A stretch of DNA of 58,479 nt, counting the filler, from Piptocephalis cylindrospora (Eukaryota), in NCBI GenBank assembly GCA_003614145.1. It is 7 parts of 7 records of this genome, joined end to end, with 100 filler letters (N's around TTAATTAATTAA, not from the genome) between each part and the next. Parts side by side here need not be neighbours in the genome. Positions count along the whole stretch, not along the records: positions 1 to 8,290 come from KZ988154.1; positions 8,391 to 16,664 come from KZ988155.1; 5 more parts are not named here. One strand, written 5' to 3'. Of the stretch, positions 1-11,217 are shown piece after piece. The position numbers and the translations under genes are program-made. The notes under the pieces were generated by a model. That model had not been told where the DNA came from, ran no database searches, and was given only the letters and a program-made list of their open reading frames with translations. Each line of letters starts with the position of its first letter. Within the stretch, counting starts at the first letter, position 1.

Positions 1-1342
1 CGGTCTGGGCGATGATGGGCTGATCGGGGATATCTTCGAACTCGAGCATGAACCTGGGGCCATTGCCGCCATCAAGGACGGTGCATGTGACAGTGGTGTC
101 ACGATCCTTGTGGATGAGGCTTGCGAAGGGCCGGGAGACCTTGTAGCCGACGGGCCAGATGTAGCGCTCGTTGTGAAACTCGGGTCGATCAGCCATGATG
201 GTGCCGACACTGATGAGCCGAAGGATGCCGACCTTGAGGGGAAGGATGGGCTTTCCTGATGAGTCTCTCTTGATCCGGGGGACTCTTCGGGTGTGGGTGA
301 TGACCTTGTTCATCCTCCTGGGTTTTGCGGTGGGGAAGACATTGACCGGGATGGTGGAGGAGGAGAGTTCCGAGTCCTGGTCCTGCCCTTTGCCCTTTTT
401 CTTGGGGGAAGGGCCATTTTTGGAGGATGACTTTCGTCCCCCTTCTCCCGGGGCCCTTTTAGGAGAGGGAGGAGCAAGGCCCTTGGAGATGTCCACAAGG
501 GAAGGGCCTGGAGCTCCTTCGATCATGGAGCCCCCGATGGCCTCTTCCCCTGGTAGGGGGCGGCCATTTGTCACGGCCTTCTCTTCCTCTTTGGCCATCG
601 CCTCCATCACCTCATCCTCTTCATCCTCCTCCTCCTCGGAAAAAATAATGTCCTCGGGGACGTACCGACCCAGGGTTTCAATACGGGTCACGGCCGGGGG
701 AGGAGGAGGTAGGGACCAGTTATTGGGAGGTGGAGGGAGGACTAGGTTGGGGCGGTGAAACTCGATGGGAATAAAGGAGCGGGGCTCCCTGGGCTTATCC
801 TTGTCTTCCTTTTCTGGGGTCTTTTCCTCTTGGGAAGGGATGATCTCCTTAGAGGAGGAGGAGGAGGAGGAGAAGTGGGGGGGAGTGGAGGGGATTTCCA
901 TGCGGGGTGGAAAGTACCGACGACGCTTAATGGGTGGGGGAGGGGGAAGGGGGTCTTCCGAGTCCCATGCATCGGAATCTTGGTGCATGGATTCATCCAG
1001 GGCCATGGTCACATCGGTGGCCTGGGTATCCTCGCCATCCTCTGGGATAATGGGGTCGGTCACAGGATACTGATATTGCCTGGAGTCACTTCTCCTGCTC
1101 CTGGGCAATCGATCCTGCAAGGACCGCTTGCCCTCCCGTTCTTGGCGGGTCAACCGGACATGGATTTCGAGCTGTTCGGAGAGCTGGACATTCTCCTTGA
1201 TGAGGCGTTCGTACTTTCGATGGAGATTTCGATATCGAACGCTCGGGGCAAGATCTACGGCAAGGTCCGGGCCTGGGGTCGATGTGGGTATGTTGGAGGG
1301 AGACATGGCTGAGGTGGAGGGAGAAGGGATGTTGGTGGACAT
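1..1342 (-). CDS. FYRN/FYRC-domain chromatin protein (TBRG1/NIAM-like), 3' truncated at window edge
   Basis: Manual translation (not in ORF track because it runs off the edge): open frame from ATG 1342 or 1306 to position 2. N-terminal coiled segment (RYRNLHRKYERLIKEN), acidic/Pro-rich middle, then PILPLKVGILRLISVGTIMADRPEFHNERYIWPVGYKVSRPFASL...TCTVLDGGNAPRF, the typical F/Y-rich N-terminal domain leading into FYRC. Confidence 0.85.
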   Translation of the reverse strand, partial: MSTNIPSPSTSAMSPSNIPTSTPGPDLAVDLAPSVRYRNLHRKYERLIKENVQLSEQLEIHVRLTRQEREGKRSLQDRLPRSRRSDSRQYQYPVTDPIIPEDGEDTQATDVTMALDESMHQDSDAWDSEDPLPPPPPIKRRRYFPPRMEIPSTPPHFSSSSSSSKEIIPSQEEKTPEKEDKDKPREPRSFIPIEFHRPNLVLPPPPNNWSLPPPPPAVTRIETLGRYVPEDIIFSEEEEDEEDEVMEAMAKEEEKAVTNGRPLPGEEAIGGSMIEGAPGPSLVDISKGLAPPSPKRAPGEGGRKSSSKNGPSPKKKGKGQDQDSELSSSTIPVNVFPTAKPRRMNKVITHTRRVPRIKRDSSGKPILPLKVGILRLISVGTIMADRPEFHNERYIWPVGYKVSRPFASLIHKDRDTTVTCTVLDGGNGPRFMLEFEDIPDQPIIAQT

Positions 1343-2552
1343 GGCCAGGGAGAAGAAGTGTCCTGGAGGTACCGAATGGCAAAGCTTGACGAGAGATGGG
1401 CCAAGGGAGGGGAGAAGAAGAGGCGAAGTGGAGGGCAATGGGACGTTGTCAATGGACAGACCGAAGGGAGAAAGAGTCAGGAGGGAAGGAAGGAGGGAGG
1501 GAGGGAGGATGGGGGTGCGGTGGGGGGTTGTGGGTCGCCCAGCTCGACGAGACCTATTCCACTTGTATCCTGCGTGGCTCTACGAACGACGGGGAGAGGT
1601 GGACAGGTTGTGCGGAGGAAGGAAAAGGGGAATGGCGAGGGTCAGGACGGGACGAGGCTGCGGGACACACTATGCGGAAGGGGGGGAGGGACTGGGTGGA
1701 TAGAGGGAGGGAAGAGACTTGACTACCAAGACAAGCTTTCATCCCCTGGTGTGGGTGTGAAGGGAGAAAGGGAGAGGGGACGGGAGGGAGGGATACAGTC
1801 TCCGTGTCTCTCTCACTCTCACTCTTTCCTTTCCTCACTCTGCTTTTACCCTTGAAGGCCGTCAAGGCCAAGGACCGAGTGTGGAGAGCAAAAGACCCGG
1901 AAGAGGCAAGTGGCGGGGGGACTCGGAGAGGGAAGGTGGGAGTGGTGGTGGCTTGGGGGAGAGAGAGGGGGGGAGATAAGGTACCGTGGTGGGGTGGAGA
2001 GAAGCCCTAATGTTGTTGTTGATCCTGCGGCTATGGGCTCCTCCTTGCCCAGGTCAAAATGATGGCTTTCAATGCTGTAGTGAGGGTGGATCACTACTGG
2101 TTGGAGGAGGAGGAAAAGAAAGGTGAATGTGTGGCCCTGTGTGTGTGTGTGTCTCCTCATGTATGGGCTAGCCAGCTATTTCCCTCCCCTCCAAAGCGGC
2201 AGCCTATACTTTCCCTCCACTTTTTTAATTCAATTTCCAATTTTGGCTTGTTTTCGATTGTTTTTTTTAGCAGTATATTAAAGCACTACTAAATGAGTTT
2301 ATTGACCCACAGTAGAAGACCCTGTCAGATAATGGGAAAGAGGGGGGTTTCCACACCCTGTCCTTACTGCCCACAGCCAGCAGCCCATGATGCCCATCTG
2401 ATGTGGAGACACGTCAATTAGCTTTGTCCTTTGAAGGCCCGGACGCGTGCTCATGTCAATGAGAGGCAAATTCACACCTCCAAGCCAGTTTCTGACCTTA
2501 TCGTACTCCTCCTCCTCTCTTGTCTTGGCCTTCCCCCTCTCTGATCCGCATC

Positions 2553-3396
2553 ATGTCCTTCCTCTCCGCCTCGTATCTCTTGGCCCGCTCGACCTTGTCT
2601 AGGTCCACAATTAAGGTAAAAATCATGATGTGTTTAATGACTCATCTCCGACTCATTCCTCCCTGTCCTTCTAGTCATCCAGGGCCTTTTCCACCACCGT
2701 TACATCCAAGAGTAAGAGTTTCGTAGCTTCATTTGTCCATACTTCTGGGCACGTCTCATCTTCCTCTAGGTTATAACCGCGTTACATTGGTTGGACGCGT
2801 ATCGGGAAGCTTTCGGGAAAAGTCGTTTCCCAAGGAAGGACAGGAAGGGAACCCTGAAGAGGCCTTTGGCATTGTTTCTTTCTCTTTGGCCACAGATCGC
2901 AACTTCAAGGATGCTGATGGTACGTTGCTGATGGACTAGAGAAGGGCTATCGAGCGGGATGACTCAGCTTATTCGCCCCTATCCTTTCCTTAGGGCAATG
3001 GCAGCGGACAACCGATTGGCATCGGGTGGTGAAGAAGGGAGTGGGTGTGGCTGATTATTTGCCCAGGCAATTGGCTAAAGGGTAGGATGAAGAGAGATAC
3101 ATGCCGCCTTGCTTTTTCAAAGCTCTTCTTACCCCCCGTCATCTCCTTCTCCACAGGAATATGCTCCTTGTGGACGGGAAAATCCATTACAACCAATTCA
3201 CCGATGCCGAAGGTCAGGAAAAGAGCATCACCGAGATCATTGCCCGTACGTGTCCATTACTCTTCCCCCGCATCGTTGGTGGGCTGGTCTTTCTAATTTG
3301 GCCTCTCCCTCCTTCCTCCCTCTTCTGATAGAACAAGTGAAGGTCTTGGCTAAGGCTCATCCTGAGGAGGGCGAAGGGGACGGGGATGGGTACTAG
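2553..3396 (+). CDS. RIM1: Mitochondrial single-stranded DNA-binding protein (SSB/Rim1-like), multi-exon
   Basis: Ser/Arg-rich presequence MSFLSASYLLARSTLSRS; spliced exons give YNRVTLVGRV, SFSLATDRNFKDADG/QWQRTTDWHRV, LAKG/NMLLVDGKIHYNQFTDAEGQEKSITEIIA (SSB OB fold). GT-AG introns are visible. Confidence 0.9.
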
Positions 3397-3831
3397 AAGT
3401 CTTGGAAGAAGGAGAGGAAAAACGGCATCCTTTTCTACACTGAGCGTGTGATGGGGGAAGGGGATGCTCTTTCTCAGGAAAGGGAATACACTTATTGGGA
3501 TGAGGAGGGAAGGGCATCTGATTTCCATGTATAATGAATGGGCTTGGGTTTTCACAAGAAGGGACTGATGTCCTTAATAACAACAACATCTTTGGATCGG
3601 GGGGAGACATTGCGTTCAATGTAACCGCACTCTTCCTTGGATATTCAATATCCCACACTCTGTATTACCTCCAGTCTCCCAGGCCATGATCATTCTTCTG
3701 AAGGAAATCTCATCTACCGCCCCTTGAATAGACCATCCTTCACCTTTCCTTTGTCTCCCCCTACACCCCCTCTCTCTCTTCTCTTCTCCTCTATTCTTTT
3801 CTTTTCTCTCCTCTTCTTCCTCTCTGGACTT

Positions 3832-5203
3832 ATGCTCGAATTGCTCTATTACCTTTTGACTTCCCCAGTTCACTTTGTCCTTTCGGCTTTTCGGGTACAT
3901 GTGCACTTGCCGTACTTAGGATGGGTCTCCTTACTCACTTGTTCCTCCTGTCCAGACGATCGTCTTTGCCCTTTTCCTGACCCTTCCCAGCCTTTGGCAT
4001 GCTAAGCAAGCTAGTCAAGTATGCCGTCCTCACCTCGTCTTTTCTGTCATATCGTACTCATCCCATCCCGTCAACTCGTCTCGTCTCACCCTTGTCCTAT
4101 ACATTAGGCGGCAAAGGGAATATACCATGATTTACCCTATGCTGATGTAGGGGGTGAGGCACGTACCCTGGATATCTACCTCCCCCACTCCCCGTCCCAT
4201 TCAGCTACTAGAGAGGGATTTACAGAGAGGCGTGCCCCCATTCTCATCTATATTCAGGGTACGTTGTCTGTGATCATGGCTTGAATCTTCTCTGCTCTTG
4301 CTCATTCCTCTCCCATCCCATAGACACTGGGTGGACCCATGCAAAAAAGGAGGCATATGCATCGTTGGCCTTGGCTTTGCGCTCTCATGGCATCCTGTGC
4401 ATTGTTCCTAATTTCCGCACTTATCCCACAGTAAGTCCACTCCCACCTTCCTCCCGTGCTCACCTTTGAATAATAATGCTAATGGTCATCTCTTGTAGAT
4501 TAAGGGCCAGACGCTGGCGGACGATGTCACCCGAGTCATCCGGTGGTCTTTGGCCAATGCAAAGACCTACGGAGGGGATCCAACCAGGATGAGCCTTGTT
4601 GCTCACTCCACGGGCCTACAATTGTGCCTACACGCCCTTTCTGTCGGGGACCCAATCCACCGGTCCCTCGTCCATCTCATTGGCCTCTCCGGGATCTATG
4701 ATCTTCCCGCGCTATACGGCCATCTTGGCCGGGCCGGAAGCTACCGCGCTACTGCGCTCCTGCGCACCTTTGATGTCCCGGTCATCTCAGGCCTTAATCG
4801 CTTCTCCCCCATCCATCTTGTTCCCGTCCTTGCCTCTCTCGACGCTCCGCCGGGCATCACCCTTATCCACGGTTCCCGAGACTCGGTCATGCCTACAACT
4901 CAATTGAGCCGATTCGTTGAAAGACTGCGCGCGCGCAGCCTCCACGCCAAGATGGTCCTTCTGCAAGGTTGGACCCGAACCCGCTTTACTGTTGAACTCC
5001 TCGGTCACCGGACACCGACTGATCCGGTGACCCAGGTCGACTCGCTGATCCATGCCATTGTTACTCCCATTCTCGGGGAGAATGCACCCTCCGCCCAGGA
5101 CATGGACCCTGACCGATCCATCCTTCTGGCTGACCATATCCAGGACAAGCCCTATCTCTGGAGGATGCGTCAATGGATCCTTGAACTTTGGTGTCCTTTG
5201 TGA
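3832..5203 (+). CDS. Alpha/beta-hydrolase (isoprenylcysteine methylesterase / kynurenine formamidase-like), multi-exon
   Basis: Exons encode YHDLPYA...RTLDIYLP, PILIYIQ, ALRSHGILCIVPNFRTYP, DDVTRVIRW..NAKTYGGDPTRMSLVAHSTG, GLSGIYDL, FSPI, LIHGSRDSVMP; hydrophobic N-terminus. Start codon inferred. Confidence 0.8.
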
Positions 5204-5398
5204 GTGCGGCCGAGGAAGCTGAGAAGGATTGAATATATGTACTTTTTGAGCTGAATCGACACGCAAGTAGCATTGCTATAATTGTGTCCTCCCATTCTCC
5301 CATCTCCTCTCATTCATTCAGCTCGTCATTCCTATTAAATCGTCGATCCTACGAATGCGATATGCCTATTCATTGCTCAATCGTCCTTTCGTGCTTCA

Positions 5399-7644
5399 TT
5401 AGGGTTGAGATGCCGTTTTCACGGTCCCCCCATCCTGCTCATCACCATGAATGTCCTCAAAAAAACAGGGAGGAGAGCCTGTGTCGGGATTTCCTTCCTC
5501 ATCCTTTCGGATTGAGCCATTGATGTTTTCCTGCACGTCATCAGTAGAGGCTTGGATGTACCCATTCACAGAGGTTTCTTTTACTCCTCTAGCATAATCA
5601 TCTTCCTTTCTCCTGGCATGGAAGTCATCCCGTTGAGACAGAGTAGATCTGTCCCTGCTCATCTCTCGACTCCTATTCCGATCTCCGTAGTTTCGTTCCC
5701 TGTGTGACCCACGTCCTCCTAGGGGGTTGGGCCGATCAAAACCCCCCTGTTTTGGGTTTCGCTCCACCCAGACGTCCCAGTCCAGACGGAGCCGGCGACC
5801 ATGGACTAACTGCCCATGAAACTTGTTGAAGGCCTCTTCGGCTTCCTCGCGCTCCGAATACGTGAGGAAGGAGAAGCCACGGTTACGACGCGTCTCCATG
5901 TCAAAAGGTACCTTGACCGTGACAAGCTTCCCTGTGGTCGAGAATACCTCTTTGACTTCATCTCTCCCAAAGTGGTCCGGGATGTTCCCAACAAAGAGCG
6001 TTTTTGTCGTTGCTCTTTCCTCGGATGTGATTCTAAGCGCAAACAGAGAAGGAGGGGGGGGGGGGGGGGGGGGTAAGATGTATTATGAATCAATGGGATG
6101 GGGTGTTTGCCGTCGCACGGATATCATGATTATAATAAGAAAAAAACAACAACAGAACAAAAAAAAAAAAAAAAAAAAACAGAAAAAATGAGATAGGGAA
6201 AAGAGAGGGGGAAACTGGAGGAGAAAAAGAGTATACTGATGAAGGGAAAAGGGAAGGATCGAANNNNNNNNNNGGGGGGGATATGAGTATAATTTGGGAC
6301 ATGGCATGTGCATGCATGCACGCACCGACAGATCCATGATAAATAAAAAAAGCAACTTACGGACGACGAGAACCGCGATGGGGTCGCGAGGTACGGGAGT
6401 CACGCCTTTGATCATACTTTCTTCCGGGGCTGACAGATCGTTGCCGATTCAAGCCGGTATATCCAAGTCTGTTCTGATGACCAGGGCGGTAATCCCTTCT
6501 ATCCTGCGTCCCATTGCTACTGTATTGCTCATTGCCATTGGATCGATCATCTCTGCTGTAGCGATCATCCCGCGGGTATCGGCCATCTCTGTTGTATTGC
6601 CCATCCCGACGATGCCGGTCGTCTCGAGGGTATCGATCGTCCTTACTGTAGGGTTCGTCTCTTCGATATCCGGTGTTTCTATCTCGTGGATCATATCGAG
6701 TAATGTGCCCAGCGGCTTCGAGGGGAGCTACATATCCCTCAGGGGTCATTCTCGACCCGATAATCTCTGGGGGGGGGATAGGGGCCATCCCTGGCCTCCC
6801 CATAATAGACCGAGGGAGGGGGAGGGCCTCGGCCATCCAGCCCTCTCGCCTCATACCCGTACCTGGGGGGAGGAGCGTCAGGGTGTCTGTCGTTCATGGG
6901 GCCTCCTGCCAGAGCTGGCCCAGAGGGGTAATAGCTTCCATTGGCGTTCAGGGGCACTGGAGCATCGTATGGATGGGTTGGGGTGGGAGGGTAGGCTCTT
7001 CGATCATCATATCCCAAGGGAGGTCCCCCAGGAGGAGCGTGGAGAGGTGAAGGGTGGTTCCTTCTCTCATCGTACCCATGATGCGGGCCATTCCCAATGG
7101 GCTGAGCAGGAGGATATGGCTTCGCCTCTCCTCCCATACCCGGGTGATCTCGGGAGATCGGGTAGGTTGGGGCAGGGGGCATAGACGTACGGTAAGGGGC
7201 CGGAGGATGATCGTAGGTATCGGAAGGATAGGCGCGCGGGGCCATCATGGGATCAGCATATTCCAGGCTGTCTTCCCTATTCAGCCTATCTCCGCCATAG
7301 GGAGAGCCGTGTCGGTTGTAGGAGGGATGGGGTGGCGGGTGATGATGAGATCTAGAAGTGTCCATCCGGGGATCAAACTCGACATGTCCTTCAAAGCCCC
7401 GAGTAGGCAAGGGTGAAGTGGCAGCGTGTGTTGAGCGTGCGTGTCTGTAAGAGGGACCAGGGCGGTTGTAAGCCTGGGCAGGGGCATAGGCATCATAAGC
7501 ATTCTGGCCATCCAGCGAACCATCATACTCTTCTGGGCCACGTTGGGGGTCTATCCTACCCCGTCGGTCATTCGTATAGCTACTCTGGGAAGGGCGTCGG
7601 TAAGGGTATTCAGACTGGTGATGGCGGTTGGTTGACGGATCCAT
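5399..7644 (-). CDS. RRM RNA-binding protein with Pro/Tyr/Gly-rich and RD-repeat low-complexity N-terminus; apparent frameshift near 6770
   Basis: ORFs 6739-7644 and 6357-6854, then a GTAAG intron spanning the 10-N gap at 6264-6273, then an exon with RNP2 TLFVGNIP and RNP1 RGFSFLTY ... HGRRLRLDW. Confidence 0.75.
6530..6660 (-). repeat. Degenerate 18-nt coding repeat (hexapeptide RDDRYP/RDGRYP)
   Basis: KDDRYP RDDRHR RDGQYN RDGRYP RDDRYS RDDRS in the RRM gene. Confidence 0.7.
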
Positions 7645-8290
7645 AACTTGCTAAGGAAAAGGTAATTTCTTTGTGGGTAGCGGGTGTGCTGGATACGTGT
7701 GTTTTAAGGAAAGTGCAGTGAAAAAAAGTCAATGAAATCTTGTTCGTAGGTTTATACCAAAGAATGGGGGGAGGGGAGAGAAGTGAGAGGGTGAAGCGGA
7801 AGGAAGAAGAAAGGTGTGAGAGGGAGAGGACGAACGGGCTTTTATCTTGAGGATCCTTTTTTTTATAGGGCGAGGTGAAATGGGTGGGAGTAGTGTGGTT
7901 GCCGCGTTGGTCTTCCCTGAGGTGGTTTGGGTTCAACAGAAGAGACAAGCCTTATGTTTACCCACTTGAGGAATTTCAAGGGCACACCACCTCAGCCAGG
8001 GTGCAGATAAGACTCAACCGTAGATGTCACTCTTGTAGGATGTATACCAGCGGATGAGTGGCCATTATGAGAGTGACCGACACCTGATCACCTCAAGCAC
8101 TCCGCTCACCCATGCTCATCCACTGGTGTCAATTCATCGCTCGTTGAACCATGAATTTCATGATGTAATTCGCCGATTTTGGCGGTACTGGATGTAAGGT
8201 GCACAATTTGATCAAGGGGGGAGAACATGTGATGGATTGGGAGATAGTCAAGAGAAAGATCTGTCCAAAAACGTGTCTGTCTGCAGGATG

Positions 8291-8390
8291 NNNNNNNNNN
8301 NNNNNNNNNNNNNNNNNNNNNNNNNNNNNNNNNNTTAATTAATTAANNNNNNNNNNNNNNNNNNNNNNNNNNNNNNNNNNNNNNNNNNNN
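8291..8390. other. Artificial contig spacer N44-TTAATTAATTAA-N44
   Basis: 100 bp; the core gives stop codons in all six frames; six identical copies in the window. Confidence 0.98.
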
Positions 8391-8639
8391 GGATAGGACG
8401 CTCCCCCTGCCCTTGCCCCCATCCCTACTCTCTACCCTCTCCTCACCCTACCCATCGACCAATTCATGCAATGCTTTCCCCTTTCTTTCGTCTCCCCATT
8501 ACGCATCCTGCCATGAATATGAATTATCAAAAGAAAGAAAAATACCCATCATATATTCATGAGTTATGGAAGAGATATATAAAAAAATCAACAATCCACT
8601 ATCTTCTCAGTTCAGGGGGGGGACATCACACCGATTGGC

Positions 8640-11217
8640 TCAAATCACGACATGCATCCCAAATTCGACCACTTGCTCATGCGGCAAGGACATCTTCTTC
8701 CCCGTTCCAGAGCCCTGCATGCGTCGAGCCAACGTCTCCAGCATGTACCGACGGATTCTTCCACTCTCCGGGTGGGCATACACCTCTTCCCTACCCACTA
8801 CATGCGTCACCATCGCAAGGGCCTCTTCTTCCCCCTCCTCCTCCCCCTCCCTCGCAGACATATCCCTTCGGATCCCCTCAATCAGACGCACTTGCTGATA
8901 GATCCATTCAGTGATCATGGATCCATCCATGCACGGATCTGCATAGCCAGTGCGAACATCACATCGGTAGAATCCAGGGATGGAGAGGGGACTCAGGGAC
9001 AGGTGGTCCTCTGGGACCACGTTCGCCGTGGGGATCGGGCACGGATGGAGGAAGACGACACGGTGAGGAACTGAAGTGAATCGATGGAGAAAATAAGGAA
9101 AGACCCGGGGTACCTCCTCAGAGAAGGTATCGGCGTGAAAGAGGATTAGACCCGGGGTTCGCACAGCCCGTACCCCCGTGGTTCGGATGGTCAAATCCAT
9201 TGCATCCAGAGGCCCTCCCCCACCGCCTCCTCCCCGACCGGTGGTGGAGGAGGGGTCCGACATGGCCTGCAGAAATGGTACCCCGTTGATGGCGCCCTTA
9301 GCTCCCAGATCCAGGAGAGCCTCAAGGCTCGTATCGGCATCCAGGGCTCGCTCAGCTCGTAGATTGAAGCTCCATCTCCACAGTTGCATCAGCAGGGATA
9401 GACCCAGCGCCAGGGACAGGGGCAGCCAGGCCCCTGAAAGCGCCTTGATCAGCGTAGAGGAGAAGAAGGCTAGGTCCAGTGCGCCAAACCCGATAACGTA
9501 GGCAAGAGCCAGGATCCATGGGGCACGCCAGATGGACCGGATGATGGGGTACATGAACAAATTACTTAGAAGCATCACCCCAGATACGGCGACGCCATAT
9601 GCGTTCGTCAGGGCCGAAGAGGACCGAAAGGTGCACACGACAGTTAGAGTGGCGATGGCGAGGCTCCAATTGACCAGGGGGAGGTATACCTGACCACGAA
9701 CACGCTTGGAGGTGTGCAGGATGCGGAGGGGTGGGAAGCAGTCCAGAGCAATGGCCTGTTGTAGGATGGAAAAGGTGGCGGTGATCATGGCTTGGGACGC
9801 AATGATGGTGGAGAGGGTGGCAATGACAAAGGTGGGCCAGTAAATGGCTTGAGGCACGGTGCGCCAGAAGAGGCCAACACCCTCAGAGATCAGCTCAGGT
9901 TGATGAAGAAGCTGGGCGCCCTGTCCAAGGTACTGGATTACCAGGGTGGGGAAGACCACGAGGGTTGCAGAGACCTGGATGGCCGGGCGGGAGAAATGCC
10001 CCAGATCGGCAAAGAGGGCCTCAGCCCCGGTCATGGCCAGAAGGATACCACCCAAGGATTCCCAGGCCTCCAAACGGTATTGGGCAAAGTAGCGGACGGC
10101 ATACCAGGGCGACAGAGCACGAAGAATCCTGGGATCCTGCATGATCCCCTGGACACCCGTGTATAGTAGGACCCCTAGCCAGACACTGACGATCGGGGCA
10201 AAGCCTTTTCCAATCCGGTCTGTACCGTATTTTTGCACAGCAAACAGCATGAGGATAAGAAGGCAGGTCAAGGGCACGACAACCGGTTCCATCTCTGGCA
10301 CCTGAATCTGAAGTGCTTCCACGGCTGAGAGGACTAGATAGGAAAAATGGGGGGGATGAGAAATGGAAATGGGGAGATGGTAGGAAGAAGCAAAAAGTAC
10401 ACACCCGACACAGCAGGAGTGAGGACACCATCTCCAATGACCAGGGAAGCACAGAAGAGAACGCCTGTTAACAACCAGCGCTGAGCTCGGGGACTCGTGG
10501 CTAGTTTGGACTTGGAGAGACCCTTGGCATCGGTGCATGACCCAATGGTACCATCTCTGGATAGGGTGATCAAAGGTTGACCTGGCTGGACGATCCCGAT
10601 ATGCCTGGATAGAGAGGATAGGAGGATAGAGGTGAGATAGGATAATGTTAGGGTTATGGTACACCAGGAGCAAGTGCACTTACCGGCAAAGTAAAGAATA
10701 AAGAGCAAAAGTCCCGCCTTCTCCGTGATCGTCGGCAAAGAGAATGATAAAGCAGTACTTGAGGATAAGGATCAGAGTCAGGGACCAGATGATGCATGAG
10801 ATCACTCCAAGAACGCGGTCGGCCGATGGAGGCGAGGAGCTGTCAAAGATGCCGCCAAAGACGTACAAGGGACTTGTGGCAATGTCTCCGTAGATGACAC
10901 CAAGACTCTTGAAGGACAAGGCCAGTAGGCTCAAGAGGGCTGTTGACTATCGGAGATGGGATTGTTGTTAGACATGGATGTGGGATGACAGAGAGGATGT
11001 GTGAGGTCGGAGTAGGCATGCAAGGAGATAGGGCACAGGTGCAAGGACCAGGCACGTGCAAGAAAGGGAGGCGTCCCATGGATCAGGGTTTCACATAGAA
11101 AAAGTGGCACAGAGACTGGGGGAGAGAGGGACAAATAGCCATGCGTTCACATGCTCAGCTTACCTTGGCAGGATAATTGACCGATTGGCTTTCAACATCG
11201 TGATGGCTTTGTTTCAT
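8640..11217 (-). CDS. HAK1: KUP/HAK/KT high-affinity potassium transporter, 4 exons
   Basis: ATG 11217 ([10 protein letters not shown]...), [89 protein letters not shown]. Confidence 0.95.

Noticed and set aside
195..2292. Many plus-strand ORFs (195-758, 755-1312, 1128-1703 and others)
   Set aside because: Antisense shadows of the FYRN gene or products of purine-rich low-complexity sequence; no motifs.
6739..6741. TGA in the RRM gene as selenocysteine or readthrough
   Set aside because: The frame closes again within about 15 codons, there is no redox motif and I saw no SECIS; a frameshift explains it better.
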